A stretch of 64,000 nucleotides of DNA, taken from a virus (lineage: Duplodnaviria > Heunggongvirae > Uroviricota > Caudoviricetes). The translations under genes and the position numbers were made by a program. Of this stretch, positions 46,871 through 55,609 are shown in pieces. The first letter of the stretch is position 1. Every line of letters starts with the position of its first letter. The DNA lies in the IMG/VR virus record IMGVR_UViG_3300047323_000678. One strand, written 5' to 3'. The notes below the pieces were generated by a model. It had not been told where the DNA came from, did not search any database, and was given only the letters and a program-made list of their open reading frames with translations.

Positions 46871-47461
46871 ATGAATCAATTTTGCTACCTTCATCGTGAA
46901 TTCCAAATTCATCAAAAAGAGAAAGTTAATTTCTTGATTGATGCATCAGGTTCAAATTTGCCAATTTATTTTGCACTAAAAGGTAAGCACGAATATGAAA
47001 TGCTTGGCACAGAACAATTTATTGAAGATGTGAAAGTGATTGTAGAGCAGTTTGCTTCACAATTTGATCTAATAGTATTTCCAGAATCGCGCTATCCATT
47101 TTTGCGCAAATTGACTGCAAATTTGAAAAATGTTGTGGAATTGAAAAAGCGAAATAAAGAAGAAATTTGTGAAATTGTCAAAGCTGCGGAAGGCTGGAAA
47201 AAATTAGATTTGATCAGTGCTGAAAAGTCATGGGCTGAGATGGGTGACACTTTTACTATCAATAAGATTAAATCAAATAAACGAAAAGCTTATATTCCAT
47301 ATTTATTTGAAAAAATGGAAGTAGCACAAGGAACTAAGGTATTACTGCTAGATGATTTTGTGATGAGTGGCAATACTATTAAAGCAATGGAAGCAGCTTT
47401 AAATATTAAAGAATACTCAATAATGGGTATATTTTATCAAATTGGATACGGTGGAAAATAA
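46871..47461 (+). CDS. Phosphoribosyltransferase-fold protein (PRTase type I-like)
   Basis: KVLLLDDFVMSGNTIKAMEAAL matches the PRPP-binding motif (hydrophobic x4, DD, x TTGxT-like). Confidence 0.5.
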   Translation: MNQFCYLHREFQIHQKEKVNFLIDASGSNLPIYFALKGKHEYEMLGTEQFIEDVKVIVEQFASQFDLIVFPESRYPFLRKLTANLKNVVELKKRNKEEICEIVKAAEGWKKLDLISAEKSWAEMGDTFTINKIKSNKRKAYIPYLFEKMEVAQGTKVLLLDDFVMSGNTIKAMEAALNIKEYSIMGIFYQIGYGGK

Positions 47462-47462
47462 A

Positions 47463-47759
47463 ATGTCTGAAAATAAAGAGCTTAGCATTGAAGATGCTAT
47501 AAAAAATAAAGAATCAAGGCAATATTGGCTAGTATATTGGATTATATTTCCTGCCGTATTTGCTATGTGGACTTATGACAAACTATTTCCAGAAGAGTGT
47601 ATTGAAAAAGCTCAAGTAGTGGATATTATTTCTGTTGAGGGAACAAAAGCAACTTTTAAATTTTCAAATGGGAAAAACGAAACTATTAGTTATAGTAATT
47701 TAAAACGAGGCGATACTTACTGCATGGCTTCTGCACGAAAAAACAAATATTTTAAGTAA
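47463..47759 (+). CDS. Small membrane-anchored protein (paralog of 47809..48087)
   Basis: One TM helix plus the ...SNGKNETISYSNLKRGDTYCMA motif shared with its neighbour. The ATG at 47463 avoids the overlap and has a weak SD. Confidence 0.45.
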   Translation: MSENKELSIEDAIKNKESRQYWLVYWIIFPAVFAMWTYDKLFPEECIEKAQVVDIISVEGTKATFKFSNGKNETISYSNLKRGDTYCMASARKNKYFK

Positions 47760-47808
47760 AAATTTAAAATAGGCGTATAATTAAATTATCAAAACAAATC
47801 GTGAGAAT

Positions 47809-48087
47809 ATGATGGTTTATATTAAACAAAATAAAAAAGAGTCAGATTTATTTTGGCCAATATCTATAGCTATATTTTTTATTATGCTTCTAATTGTTGC
47901 ATATGTTGCCCATTATGATGAAAAATACCCAATGCAATGTGTATCATCATCGAAAGTAGCAGATATTCTTTCATTAGATTACAGATCTGCTACGATTAAA
48001 TTAGAAAATGGCAAAGAAGTTGTCGTTAATCAAGCCACTTTAAAAAAAGGTGATGATTTTTGCTTGGCTCATGAAAGAAAAAAATAA
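47809..48087 (+). CDS. Small membrane-anchored protein (paralog; ...ENGKEVVVNQATLKKGDDFCLA)
   Basis: Same architecture as 47463..47759. Confidence 0.45.
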   Translation: MMVYIKQNKKESDLFWPISIAIFFIMLLIVAYVAHYDEKYPMQCVSSSKVADILSLDYRSATIKLENGKEVVVNQATLKKGDDFCLAHERKK

Positions 48088-48153
48088 TAAAACCGTACAA
48101 AAATTAAAAAATCAGATATAATACACTCATTAAATTAACCAATAGAGGAACTG

Positions 48154-48300
48154 ATGAAACTTACCAATAACGAAGCAGAAAACCTTGTTAATTATTACTT
48201 TGAAAAAGCAATGATTGGGATTTTTGGTACTTTGACTATTGGTTCGGGAGTTGTGTTCGCTCTTTATAAGGGTGGTAGCTACCTATTGTCTCATATCTAA
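48154..48300 (+). CDS. Small membrane protein (48 aa)
   Basis: AGAGGA SD. Hydrophobic core IGIFGTLTIGSGVVFALY. Terminator 48323..48346 follows. Confidence 0.35.
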   Translation: MKLTNNEAENLVNYYFEKAMIGIFGTLTIGSGVVFALYKGGSYLLSHI

Positions 48301-48401
48301 AGAGACAAGCAAATCCATAAAGAGCAGATCATCTAGGTCTGCTTTTTTGTTTGTAATCCATTTTAAATTCAATATAATTAACTTATATCAAAGAGAAAAT
48401 T

Positions 48402-48839
48402 ATGTCTAAAGAAAAAATTACACTAGAAGATTCTTATTTACTATTAGAATTTTTTGATAATGTAAAAAGAATTCTTACTTATCTTCACACTGATGAAGTA
48501 GAGTTTGAAGTTCGCCCTAATAGAAAAGCTAATTTTGCTAAATATCGTTTCTCTTACAGAAATGAGGATGGGGAATATTTTGAAGAATTTATTACTCATT
48601 GCTTAAAATTGGGTGGACAAGAAATTTCGAGAGATGAATTGGAAAAATTCAATAAAGTGGTTGCGGTTATTGAGAAGGAAAATGTATCTCTAAAACCGAT
48701 TAATAAGGACACAACTGTTGAAGAATTTTTAAAACAATTTAGTAAGTTTCATCAAATTGCTTATCTTAATAGACAGTTAAGCTCAGAGTTACCAACAAAT
48801 GAATTATCAAAAGAAAATACAAAAATTTTAAAACTATAA
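48402..48839 (+). CDS. Hypothetical protein (145 aa, ends ...NTKILKL)
   Basis: ORF. AGAGAAAATTATG start context. Confidence 0.45.
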   Translation: MSKEKITLEDSYLLLEFFDNVKRILTYLHTDEVEFEVRPNRKANFAKYRFSYRNEDGEYFEEFITHCLKLGGQEISRDELEKFNKVVAVIEKENVSLKPINKDTTVEEFLKQFSKFHQIAYLNRQLSSELPTNELSKENTKILKL

Positions 48840-48865
48840 ATTCTTTTCTAAGAAAGAAATTGATT

Positions 48866-49123
48866 ATGGATCAAACTATACGAGATATTATTGAAAGTAA
48901 TATCTCAAATGAAGAAAAGATATTACAATTAGATAGGTATTTTGGATTTATTTCACAAGATGATATTCAAAATAATAAAAAAAACTTAAAGGTATCAGAA
49001 ATTTTAAATGGAAGATGGAATGTTCCATCAACCACAACAGGCTATAGTGGAAAATTAAATAGTGAGGAGAAAGAAATTTTAATTCACTATTTTTATGAAC
49101 AAAAAATAAAAATAAGGAAATAA
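48866..49123 (+). CDS. Small hypothetical protein (ends ...KIKIRK)
   Basis: The ORF-track start is a TTG at 48860. The first ATG is at 48866. Confidence 0.4.
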   Translation: MDQTIRDIIESNISNEEKILQLDRYFGFISQDDIQNNKKNLKVSEILNGRWNVPSTTTGYSGKLNSEEKEILIHYFYEQKIKIRK

Positions 49124-49124
49124 C

Positions 49125-49844
49125 ATGAAATATTTAGAAGAAAAAAAAGAAAGTATTGAAGGTCTTGATGAAAAGATAGAAAATTTTAAAAAAAATAATC
49201 CCCAAGTTTCTAGTGAAAAAATAGATGAATTGGTAAAGAATGTAGCTGAATTTTGCATGCAATCAATTGTTTCAAATCAGGAATTTAATGGTCGACCAGA
49301 AAATGGTTGGTGGACTATTAAAGACACATTTGGAATAGAAATTGAAGATCAATCTCAGTTACTAATTGAAAGTCGTCAATTAGATGATATTCAAAGTAAA
49401 TTTGAAATGGCTTGCTCTAATGGTGATATTAAAGGTATCAAAGAAGGGCTAGCAAGCTTTGCTTACATCAATAGAGATAGGGATAATAGTGTTTTAACTG
49501 ATGCTGCATCACGAGGGGATTTGAAGATTTTAAAATTCTTCCTAGAAGATGAATATATTCAAAATAATTATAGATATAAACAAATGGTAGATTTCCATAA
49601 TTGGAAAGGAACTATTTTTCAACAAGCTTATATGTATGGTCAAAAGCCAATCGTAGAATATCTAATCAATGAACATAATGCTGAAACTACAAAAGAAGCT
49701 AAAGAAGCATTAAATTGGCAAGGTAGCCAATGGGAAGAAATGAAAGAAACGGTAATTAATATGGTTGAAAAGAAATATTTAAATTTCATGCTACGATTTA
49801 CTCTTGATGACAATCCGCAAGATAAACCAAAACCAAAAATGTAA
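49125..49844 (+). CDS. Ankyrin-like protein, tandem paralog 1 (239 aa, ends ...KPKPKM)
   Basis: GDIKGIKEGLASFAYINRDRDNSVLTDAASRGDLKILKFFLEDEY. Same length as its neighbour. Confidence 0.55.
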   Translation: MKYLEEKKESIEGLDEKIENFKKNNPQVSSEKIDELVKNVAEFCMQSIVSNQEFNGRPENGWWTIKDTFGIEIEDQSQLLIESRQLDDIQSKFEMACSNGDIKGIKEGLASFAYINRDRDNSVLTDAASRGDLKILKFFLEDEYIQNNYRYKQMVDFHNWKGTIFQQAYMYGQKPIVEYLINEHNAETTKEAKEALNWQGSQWEEMKETVINMVEKKYLNFMLRFTLDDNPQDKPKPKM

Positions 49845-49849
49845 TTCAG

Positions 49850-50569
49850 ATGGATATTTTAGAAAAAATTAACTCTTTTAAATCTCAACATTCTGAATTG
49901 GAAGAGAATAAGTTAAATGACTTGATAACAGCAGTTGTTCAATACTGTATGCAAGCTATTGTAACCGAACAAGAGAAAAATGGTAAATCTGAAGAAGCTT
50001 GGCATAAAATTGACGATCAATTTAATATCACAGTAACTGATAAAAAGCTTCTTTTGCCATTAAAGAGAAATCCAGATGTAGAAGTAAATAATAAATTTAA
50101 TAAAGCTTGTGTAGAAGAGAATATTGAAGGAATTAAAGAAGGATTAAGTCATTTTGTGCCAATTAATTATGATTCTGAGACTGACCATGATGAGTTTATT
50201 GAAGAAGACACTAGTGTATTAACTGATATGGCAATGATAGGAAATCTTAATACTTTAAGGTTTTTTATTGAAGATGAGTTTATTAATAGTCATCCATTTT
50301 ATCGCCAACAAGTAAATTTTGAAGAAGTTAAAGGTAAGGTTTTTAGAATGGCTTATCGTTATTCGCAAACCGAAGTTATTCAATATTTAATTTTAGAACA
50401 CGATGCAGAATTCACTTCAGAAGCACAAGAGTCAATGAAGTTAGACTATAATGATGATTTAGAATTTAGAAAAGAAGTATTGAGAATAATAGAAAATAAA
50501 CATTTAAACTATATTCTTGAGTTAAAGTTAGAAAATAAAAATTCAAATAAAATTAGAAGTAAATTATAA
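49850..50569 (+). CDS. Ankyrin-like protein, tandem paralog 2 (239 aa, ends ...KIRSKL)
   Basis: ENIEGIKEGLSHFVPINYDSETDHDEFIEEDTSVLTDMAMIGNLNTLRFFIEDEF. Collinear with 49125..49844. Confidence 0.55.
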   Translation: MDILEKINSFKSQHSELEENKLNDLITAVVQYCMQAIVTEQEKNGKSEEAWHKIDDQFNITVTDKKLLLPLKRNPDVEVNNKFNKACVEENIEGIKEGLSHFVPINYDSETDHDEFIEEDTSVLTDMAMIGNLNTLRFFIEDEFINSHPFYRQQVNFEEVKGKVFRMAYRYSQTEVIQYLILEHDAEFTSEAQESMKLDYNDDLEFRKEVLRIIENKHLNYILELKLENKNSNKIRSKL

Positions 50570-50608
50570 CAAGTAAACAATAAATGCCAGCAAGTGCTGG
50601 CATTATTT

Positions 50609-52111
50609 TTAATTCGGTTTAAATTGATTAGAATTAGTATTGTTTGAGTTTCTAAGCTTATCTAACATCCCATTCACCCTTAATCCAACAACTTCTTTAG
50701 TTGGCAATATTATCTCGGAAACACTTTGCTTTAATTCTTCAGTAATTCCGAATAATTCATCCATTTGAGCCTTAATGGTAGAGTTATTGGCTAAATCCTC
50801 TTTAAATTTATTAGGATAAAAAGCTGCATGCCAAGTAGCTCTTTTATTATCAATAATTTTTTGGTCATGAATGATATAAATATTCTTAGTAAAATTTGCA
50901 ACCCATTCTTCTCCTGCAAATTTTTTAAATTTATTCATATAATCAACATATATATTTGGATTAGCTTTAGCAGGAAGATCTAATGAAACATTTTCATTGT
51001 TATCAATATTTCTATTAATACTAAATAAAGTAGTTAAATCTTCAATATTTTCCTTATTTGCAACTGAATTAGCAATTAATACTCTACTAATTCCTTGTTC
51101 AATAGCTTTATGTGCAAATGTATGAATTTCTTCTTGAGTTAAGATTCGATTCGGAATTTGATAACAATTTTCTTTTAAATATTCTAAACCTGGTGATGTA
51201 AAATGATTAAAACAATTAATATATCCACTTGCCGAGTTATTACTAGTAGATTTTTGTTCAAAATTACGAGCAGAAATAATTGAATTAATATTTAATAAAT
51301 CATTTTCTCTTGAATGTTTAGCTTCAGTTATATCTTGATTTCTTTGTAAAAGTAATCCCCCAACATCACCATATATTTCTGAAAATAAGGATTTTATCTC
51401 AGTTGCATATCTTTCACAAATAGGAAAGTACCCAGCCTCAGGATTTTCTTGTATAAGTTTAGTCAAATCATTTCTAAGTGCAAAGTTATCGGTAATTAAT
51501 TTAGTATTTTCATAGATGTCATGAAATATAGTATCAAATTTATTACCAAGATTTTTCACATTTGTTAATTCAAAAGCATGAGCAGCTTCATGATACACAA
51601 CAAATTGAACAGTTTTTTGTAAACCAATATCATTTTTCAAAGCATACACAACCCCTTTGGCTGACTCATTAAATGCTTCTTCTCCTAAAAACATTCTTTT
51701 TTGTTCGGGAAAAATCATTGTAATATTAGATTCAATCATTTGAAACAAAGAATTAGTAGAAAAAGGAAGTCCTAATTCATTAATTTTTTTTGCAACTTTT
51801 CGCATTCCTTGATTTAAAGGAGTTTTAAGATTTAATTGTATGCTTAAATTATCTAAATGTTCATCAGAACTAGGAATATGAGTATTTAAAAATTTTACTG
51901 ATTCTGTAACAGAATTAATAATTTCTCTTTGTTCATTTGATAAAGGTTTAAAAAAAGATAAAACCTTATCTATAGCTGATGCAGATTTAGTCTGCCAAGA
52001 ACCTAAAGGATTATCCTCATCATTTATTAATGAATATCCATACCCAACATCTAAATTAGATAAATGAGCCGGTAATGAAACATTTGAGTTAGTTGTTAAT
52101 TTAATTCTCAT
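50609..52111 (-). CDS. Hypothetical 500-aa effector-like protein
   Basis: The start codon overlaps the stop of 52108..52410 (ATGA), implying translational coupling. Hairpin terminator 50578..50606 lies 3'. Confidence 0.55.
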   Translation of the reverse strand: MRIKLTTNSNVSLPAHLSNLDVGYGYSLINDEDNPLGSWQTKSASAIDKVLSFFKPLSNEQREIINSVTESVKFLNTHIPSSDEHLDNLSIQLNLKTPLNQGMRKVAKKINELGLPFSTNSLFQMIESNITMIFPEQKRMFLGEEAFNESAKGVVYALKNDIGLQKTVQFVVYHEAAHAFELTNVKNLGNKFDTIFHDIYENTKLITDNFALRNDLTKLIQENPEAGYFPICERYATEIKSLFSEIYGDVGGLLLQRNQDITEAKHSRENDLLNINSIISARNFEQKSTSNNSASGYINCFNHFTSPGLEYLKENCYQIPNRILTQEEIHTFAHKAIEQGISRVLIANSVANKENIEDLTTLFSINRNIDNNENVSLDLPAKANPNIYVDYMNKFKKFAGEEWVANFTKNIYIIHDQKIIDNKRATWHAAFYPNKFKEDLANNSTIKAQMDELFGITEELKQSVSEIILPTKEVVGLRVNGMLDKLRNSNNTNSNQFKPN

Positions 52112-52410
52112 TTTAATCTTGCCTTCAGTCTAACTAAAGGTTCTAAAACTTGATTCGCAAGGAATACACCATTTTCATCAGTAAATATTGTTAAAGTTTG
52201 ACGATTGGCCAAACTATCATAAATATCATCAGATAAAGGATTTGTTGCTAAGAATAAGCCATCATCAAAAGTCATAGTTAACTGCTTATTATTTAATGTA
52301 ATATCAACATCTTTTTCAAGCATTGAAGGATCAATTTTTAAAAATAAAGTGTATTTTCCATCACCTTCAGTTCTAATAAATAAATGTTCTAATAATGAAG
52401 TATTTTCCAA
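52108..52410 (-). CDS. Small acidic protein (100 aa; TTG start with AGGAG SD), candidate secretion chaperone
   Basis: 16 acidic vs about 10 basic residues. Translationally coupled to the downstream 500-aa gene. Confidence 0.45.
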   Translation of the reverse strand: MENTSLLEHLFIRTEGDGKYTLFLKIDPSMLEKDVDITLNNKQLTMTFDDGLFLATNPLSDDIYDSLANRQTLTIFTDENGVFLANQVLEPLVRLKARLK

Positions 52411-52520
52411 AATAAATCTCCTAGTAGATTAATTATAAGAAAAAAATCTATAAAGACAATATGGTGCGAATTATTGACTTGATAATATAAGCGATTATTC
52501 TAAGTCAAAAGGAGATAATA

Positions 52521-53159
52521 ATGATTAAAGAAATAGGTCATGAAGTAGATAATAAAGGATATTGTAAATTTGGCTCAATGAAATTAGTAGATGATATTAA
52601 AGATCCATATGATTGCAATATTCCTTTAGATGATTTTAATCAATTTTATAAACAAGAGTTAGATAAAATAGGAACAATTCCTGTTAAGAGAACAAGTAAA
52701 TTTAAACATGGAGATTGGATTCAGCTATTTTATTTTCATCCACAATTAATGTGTGTTAGTAAAAGATTCAAATCAATTTGTGAAAGTAAATTAAAAGGAT
52801 ATTGGTATCCAACTACAGACAAGGAATATTTTCTGTTTTTATTAGATAATTATGTTGATGCTTTTGATATGAGTAAAACTATTATTAAATATAGAGATGA
52901 CTATCCAAATAACCAATGGACTTATGAATATATCAAAAATGAGAAATTTAAGAAAGAATTAGAAAAAGATGAGTATTTATTCACAATAAAACAAGAGCAT
53001 ATTTCCATATTTTCAACATCTAAATTTGAGAAACTTCTTGTTGATAATGATTTAAATGGATTTATATTTTTTAAAGATTTCGTATTCATGAGAGAGGGAT
53101 GGAAACATATTGATAGAAGTACAAGGAGTTTTTACGACAAATACGGAAATTTGCTTTAG
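52521..53159 (+). CDS. Hypothetical protein (212 aa)
   Basis: AAAGGAGATAATAATG SD. Confidence 0.5.
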   Translation: MIKEIGHEVDNKGYCKFGSMKLVDDIKDPYDCNIPLDDFNQFYKQELDKIGTIPVKRTSKFKHGDWIQLFYFHPQLMCVSKRFKSICESKLKGYWYPTTDKEYFLFLLDNYVDAFDMSKTIIKYRDDYPNNQWTYEYIKNEKFKKELEKDEYLFTIKQEHISIFSTSKFEKLLVDNDLNGFIFFKDFVFMREGWKHIDRSTRSFYDKYGNLL

Positions 53160-53207
53160 CAAAAAAGCTGCTATAATGAAATATATTGATATTAATATGA
53201 ATTAATT

Positions 53208-53921
53208 ATGGACAGCTTAGAGTTTAACAAAGTTTTATTTCCCAGAAATACTGACAATATATTTAAATTAGCAGTAATGTTCTCCCGGTATGGGAAAGTA
53301 AGTCTTGCAAGCCAAGAAATACTATTTTATTCCAATGATGCGGCTGTTCATTCTCATTTATCATATATAGAAATGTATAACGAATCAGTCGACTACATAT
53401 GTAAATGGTTACAAGGGTTAGATGCTTTAAAAAATGAGAACGATTGGATGTGTCATCGTAATAGACTTATCACTAGATTTAAATTAACAGGCCAAGTTAA
53501 TAATTCATCTGTAGAACATTTTTTTAAGAAAAATAAAGATGTTTTTCCTGAAAAATTTATTCATAATACTGGTGTCCTATGGAATAATGCAGTCCGCTTA
53601 GCCAAAGATGATAGCTATATAAATGCATCCAACGAAAATACTTGGAAATTATGGGATGTGTTAGTTAAATATAAAGAAGGAAGAAACGAAGAAATTATAG
53701 GAAATAAAGCACTTCTTAAAGAATTTAATAAAATAGTCAAATATAGAAAAGAAGATGAATTTTTTGATTCTCAAAGAGTTATTTTAACTCCAGAAATATT
53801 ATCTGAAATTGGCACAATAGAAAAAAATCTTTCTCGTATATTCTTTAAAAAAGAACTAGATAATGAATTAAATATAGTCTCATCAATAATTAACCCTATT
53901 AGAAAAAGGTTAAAATTATAA
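53208..53921 (+). CDS. Tandem paralog family D protein 1 (ends ...PIRKRLKL)
   Basis: FKLAVMFSRYGKVSLASQEILFYSN...WMCHRNRLITRFKL. Collinear with 53924..54646. Confidence 0.55.
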   Translation: MDSLEFNKVLFPRNTDNIFKLAVMFSRYGKVSLASQEILFYSNDAAVHSHLSYIEMYNESVDYICKWLQGLDALKNENDWMCHRNRLITRFKLTGQVNNSSVEHFFKKNKDVFPEKFIHNTGVLWNNAVRLAKDDSYINASNENTWKLWDVLVKYKEGRNEEIIGNKALLKEFNKIVKYRKEDEFFDSQRVILTPEILSEIGTIEKNLSRIFFKKELDNELNIVSSIINPIRKRLKL

Positions 53922-53923
53922 TT

Positions 53924-54646
53924 ATGGAAATATACGAAAGAATAGATTTTAATAGAGCAATCTTCGTAAGAAATGATGACAATGCATATAAAATTGCAGT
54001 TATGTTTAGTCGTTTCCCAGAAATTAGTAAAGCAAGACAAGAAATTTTATTTTTTGCACACAAGAGTTTAATGAGAAATAATATTAATTTTCTTACCTAT
54101 ACTGAATTATTTAATGAGACATTAAATTATACGAATAATTGGTTATTAGAATTAGATAATTTAAAAGATGAATATGATTGGGAATTTCATCGTTCTAAAT
54201 TACTTACTCGTTTTTCACTCAAAAGTACAATTGATGACACGGTACAAATAATGGAATTCATGAAAAACCAAGGTCATACAAATGAAGGTATTCTAATTCA
54301 TAATACTGCTGTTTCTTGGAATAATGGAATTTACTATGCTAAAAAGGATAAATATAAAGATAACTCTGATTCAACAACTTGGGAATTATGGGATATTATA
54401 AAAAAATATAAAAAAGGTGATTTAGATACGATCTCTGGAAATAAACAACATTTAAAAGAATTGCGTAAGCTTATAAAATATAGAAAACAAGATAAATTTT
54501 TTGATGATCATCGTTCTACATTAACAGATAAAGATTTTGGAATGATAGAAGAATTGGAAAATACACTTTCAAAAATTATTTTTAAAGAAGAACTTACCAA
54601 AGAAATACCTATAATAAGTGCTGTTAGAAAAAGATTGAAGTTATAA
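53924..54646 (+). CDS. Tandem paralog family D protein 2 (ends ...AVRKRLKL)
   Basis: YKIAVMFSRFPEISKARQEILFFAHK...WEFHRSKLLTRFSL. Confidence 0.55.
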   Translation: MEIYERIDFNRAIFVRNDDNAYKIAVMFSRFPEISKARQEILFFAHKSLMRNNINFLTYTELFNETLNYTNNWLLELDNLKDEYDWEFHRSKLLTRFSLKSTIDDTVQIMEFMKNQGHTNEGILIHNTAVSWNNGIYYAKKDKYKDNSDSTTWELWDIIKKYKKGDLDTISGNKQHLKELRKLIKYRKQDKFFDDHRSTLTDKDFGMIEELENTLSKIIFKEELTKEIPIISAVRKRLKL

Positions 54647-54672
54647 AAAAAGCCCCATTGTTATGGGGCTTT
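54644..54672. terminator. Bidirectional terminator (aaaaaaagccccattgttatggggcttt)
   Basis: 7-bp stem between convergent genes 53924..54646(+) and 54679..55572(-). Confidence 0.6.
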
Positions 54673-54678
54673 GATTAT

Positions 54679-55572
54679 TTACATTTTACATTTTTTATTG
54701 TTTACAATATTTGTATTGCTTAATTCACTATTCAATTTTGCATATTCAGCAATAGGAATTAGTTTCTCCGCAAACTCTTGAAGTTTTTCTCTTTCTATGT
54801 CTTTATTATTTGCTAGAAGTGAGGAAGTAGCAAAATAATTAAATTCAAATTTAAAGCTGCTAGGCCAAAGATCAAAATAAAGCTCATGTTTAAGATATTT
54901 TATGCAATCTTTTAAATCTTTTTCCACATTATAGATGTTTTCACTAGATGGACTTTTACCTGGTAAAAGATCTAAATCTGCTAAACTTCTAAGTTCAGCT
55001 ATTTGTCTTAAATCAGTTATAGCTATATCTAAAGCACCAAACAAAAAAAGATATTGGTCTTTTTCGGAAACCTTACATAGAATCTCTGTTCTCATCCATT
55101 TCAAGTATTTTTCTTGTAAATGTTCTCCATCAAAGTTTTTAACACGGTTATGAGAAATTCTGCTTAACTCAACAAGTAATGCTCTATCTAAAACATCAGC
55201 TTCCCAATCTTTATCTAAAGAACCATGATAAGACATTTCATGATTACCAAGTGCAAAACCCATTCTAACAAACCTCCCTTTTTCTTCAGGAGTAAAGCAT
55301 TTCCTTAATTCAGGAATAGTCATACACCATGTGTATTTATTGGCATCAAAAACTAAAGTTCGGAAAGTATCTAAAAATGCTTCAAAAATAGCATCCTTAT
55401 CAAACCAATCTCTTAATGGAAGATTTTGATTTAAAGCATTAATTATAGATATATCCTCTTTTTCAATAGCTGTTTCTAAAATAGATTTATAATCATGCTC
55501 TTTAGCAAAGAAAGATGATAGCTCTTGTTCATTCTGAATGAGGTTAATTAAATCTTGATAATCTGTATTCAT
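54679..55572 (-). CDS. Tandem paralog family E protein 1 (ends ...NNKKCKM)
   Basis: WCMTIPELRKCFTPEEKGRFVRMGFALGNHEMSYHGSLDKDWEADV. Confidence 0.55.
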   Translation of the reverse strand: MNTDYQDLINLIQNEQELSSFFAKEHDYKSILETAIEKEDISIINALNQNLPLRDWFDKDAIFEAFLDTFRTLVFDANKYTWCMTIPELRKCFTPEEKGRFVRMGFALGNHEMSYHGSLDKDWEADVLDRALLVELSRISHNRVKNFDGEHLQEKYLKWMRTEILCKVSEKDQYLFLFGALDIAITDLRQIAELRSLADLDLLPGKSPSSENIYNVEKDLKDCIKYLKHELYFDLWPSSFKFEFNYFATSSLLANNKDIEREKLQEFAEKLIPIAEYAKLNSELSNTNIVNNKKCKM

Positions 55573-55609
55573 AATTATTCTTATATATTAGTTATTATAG
55601 TAAAAAATT

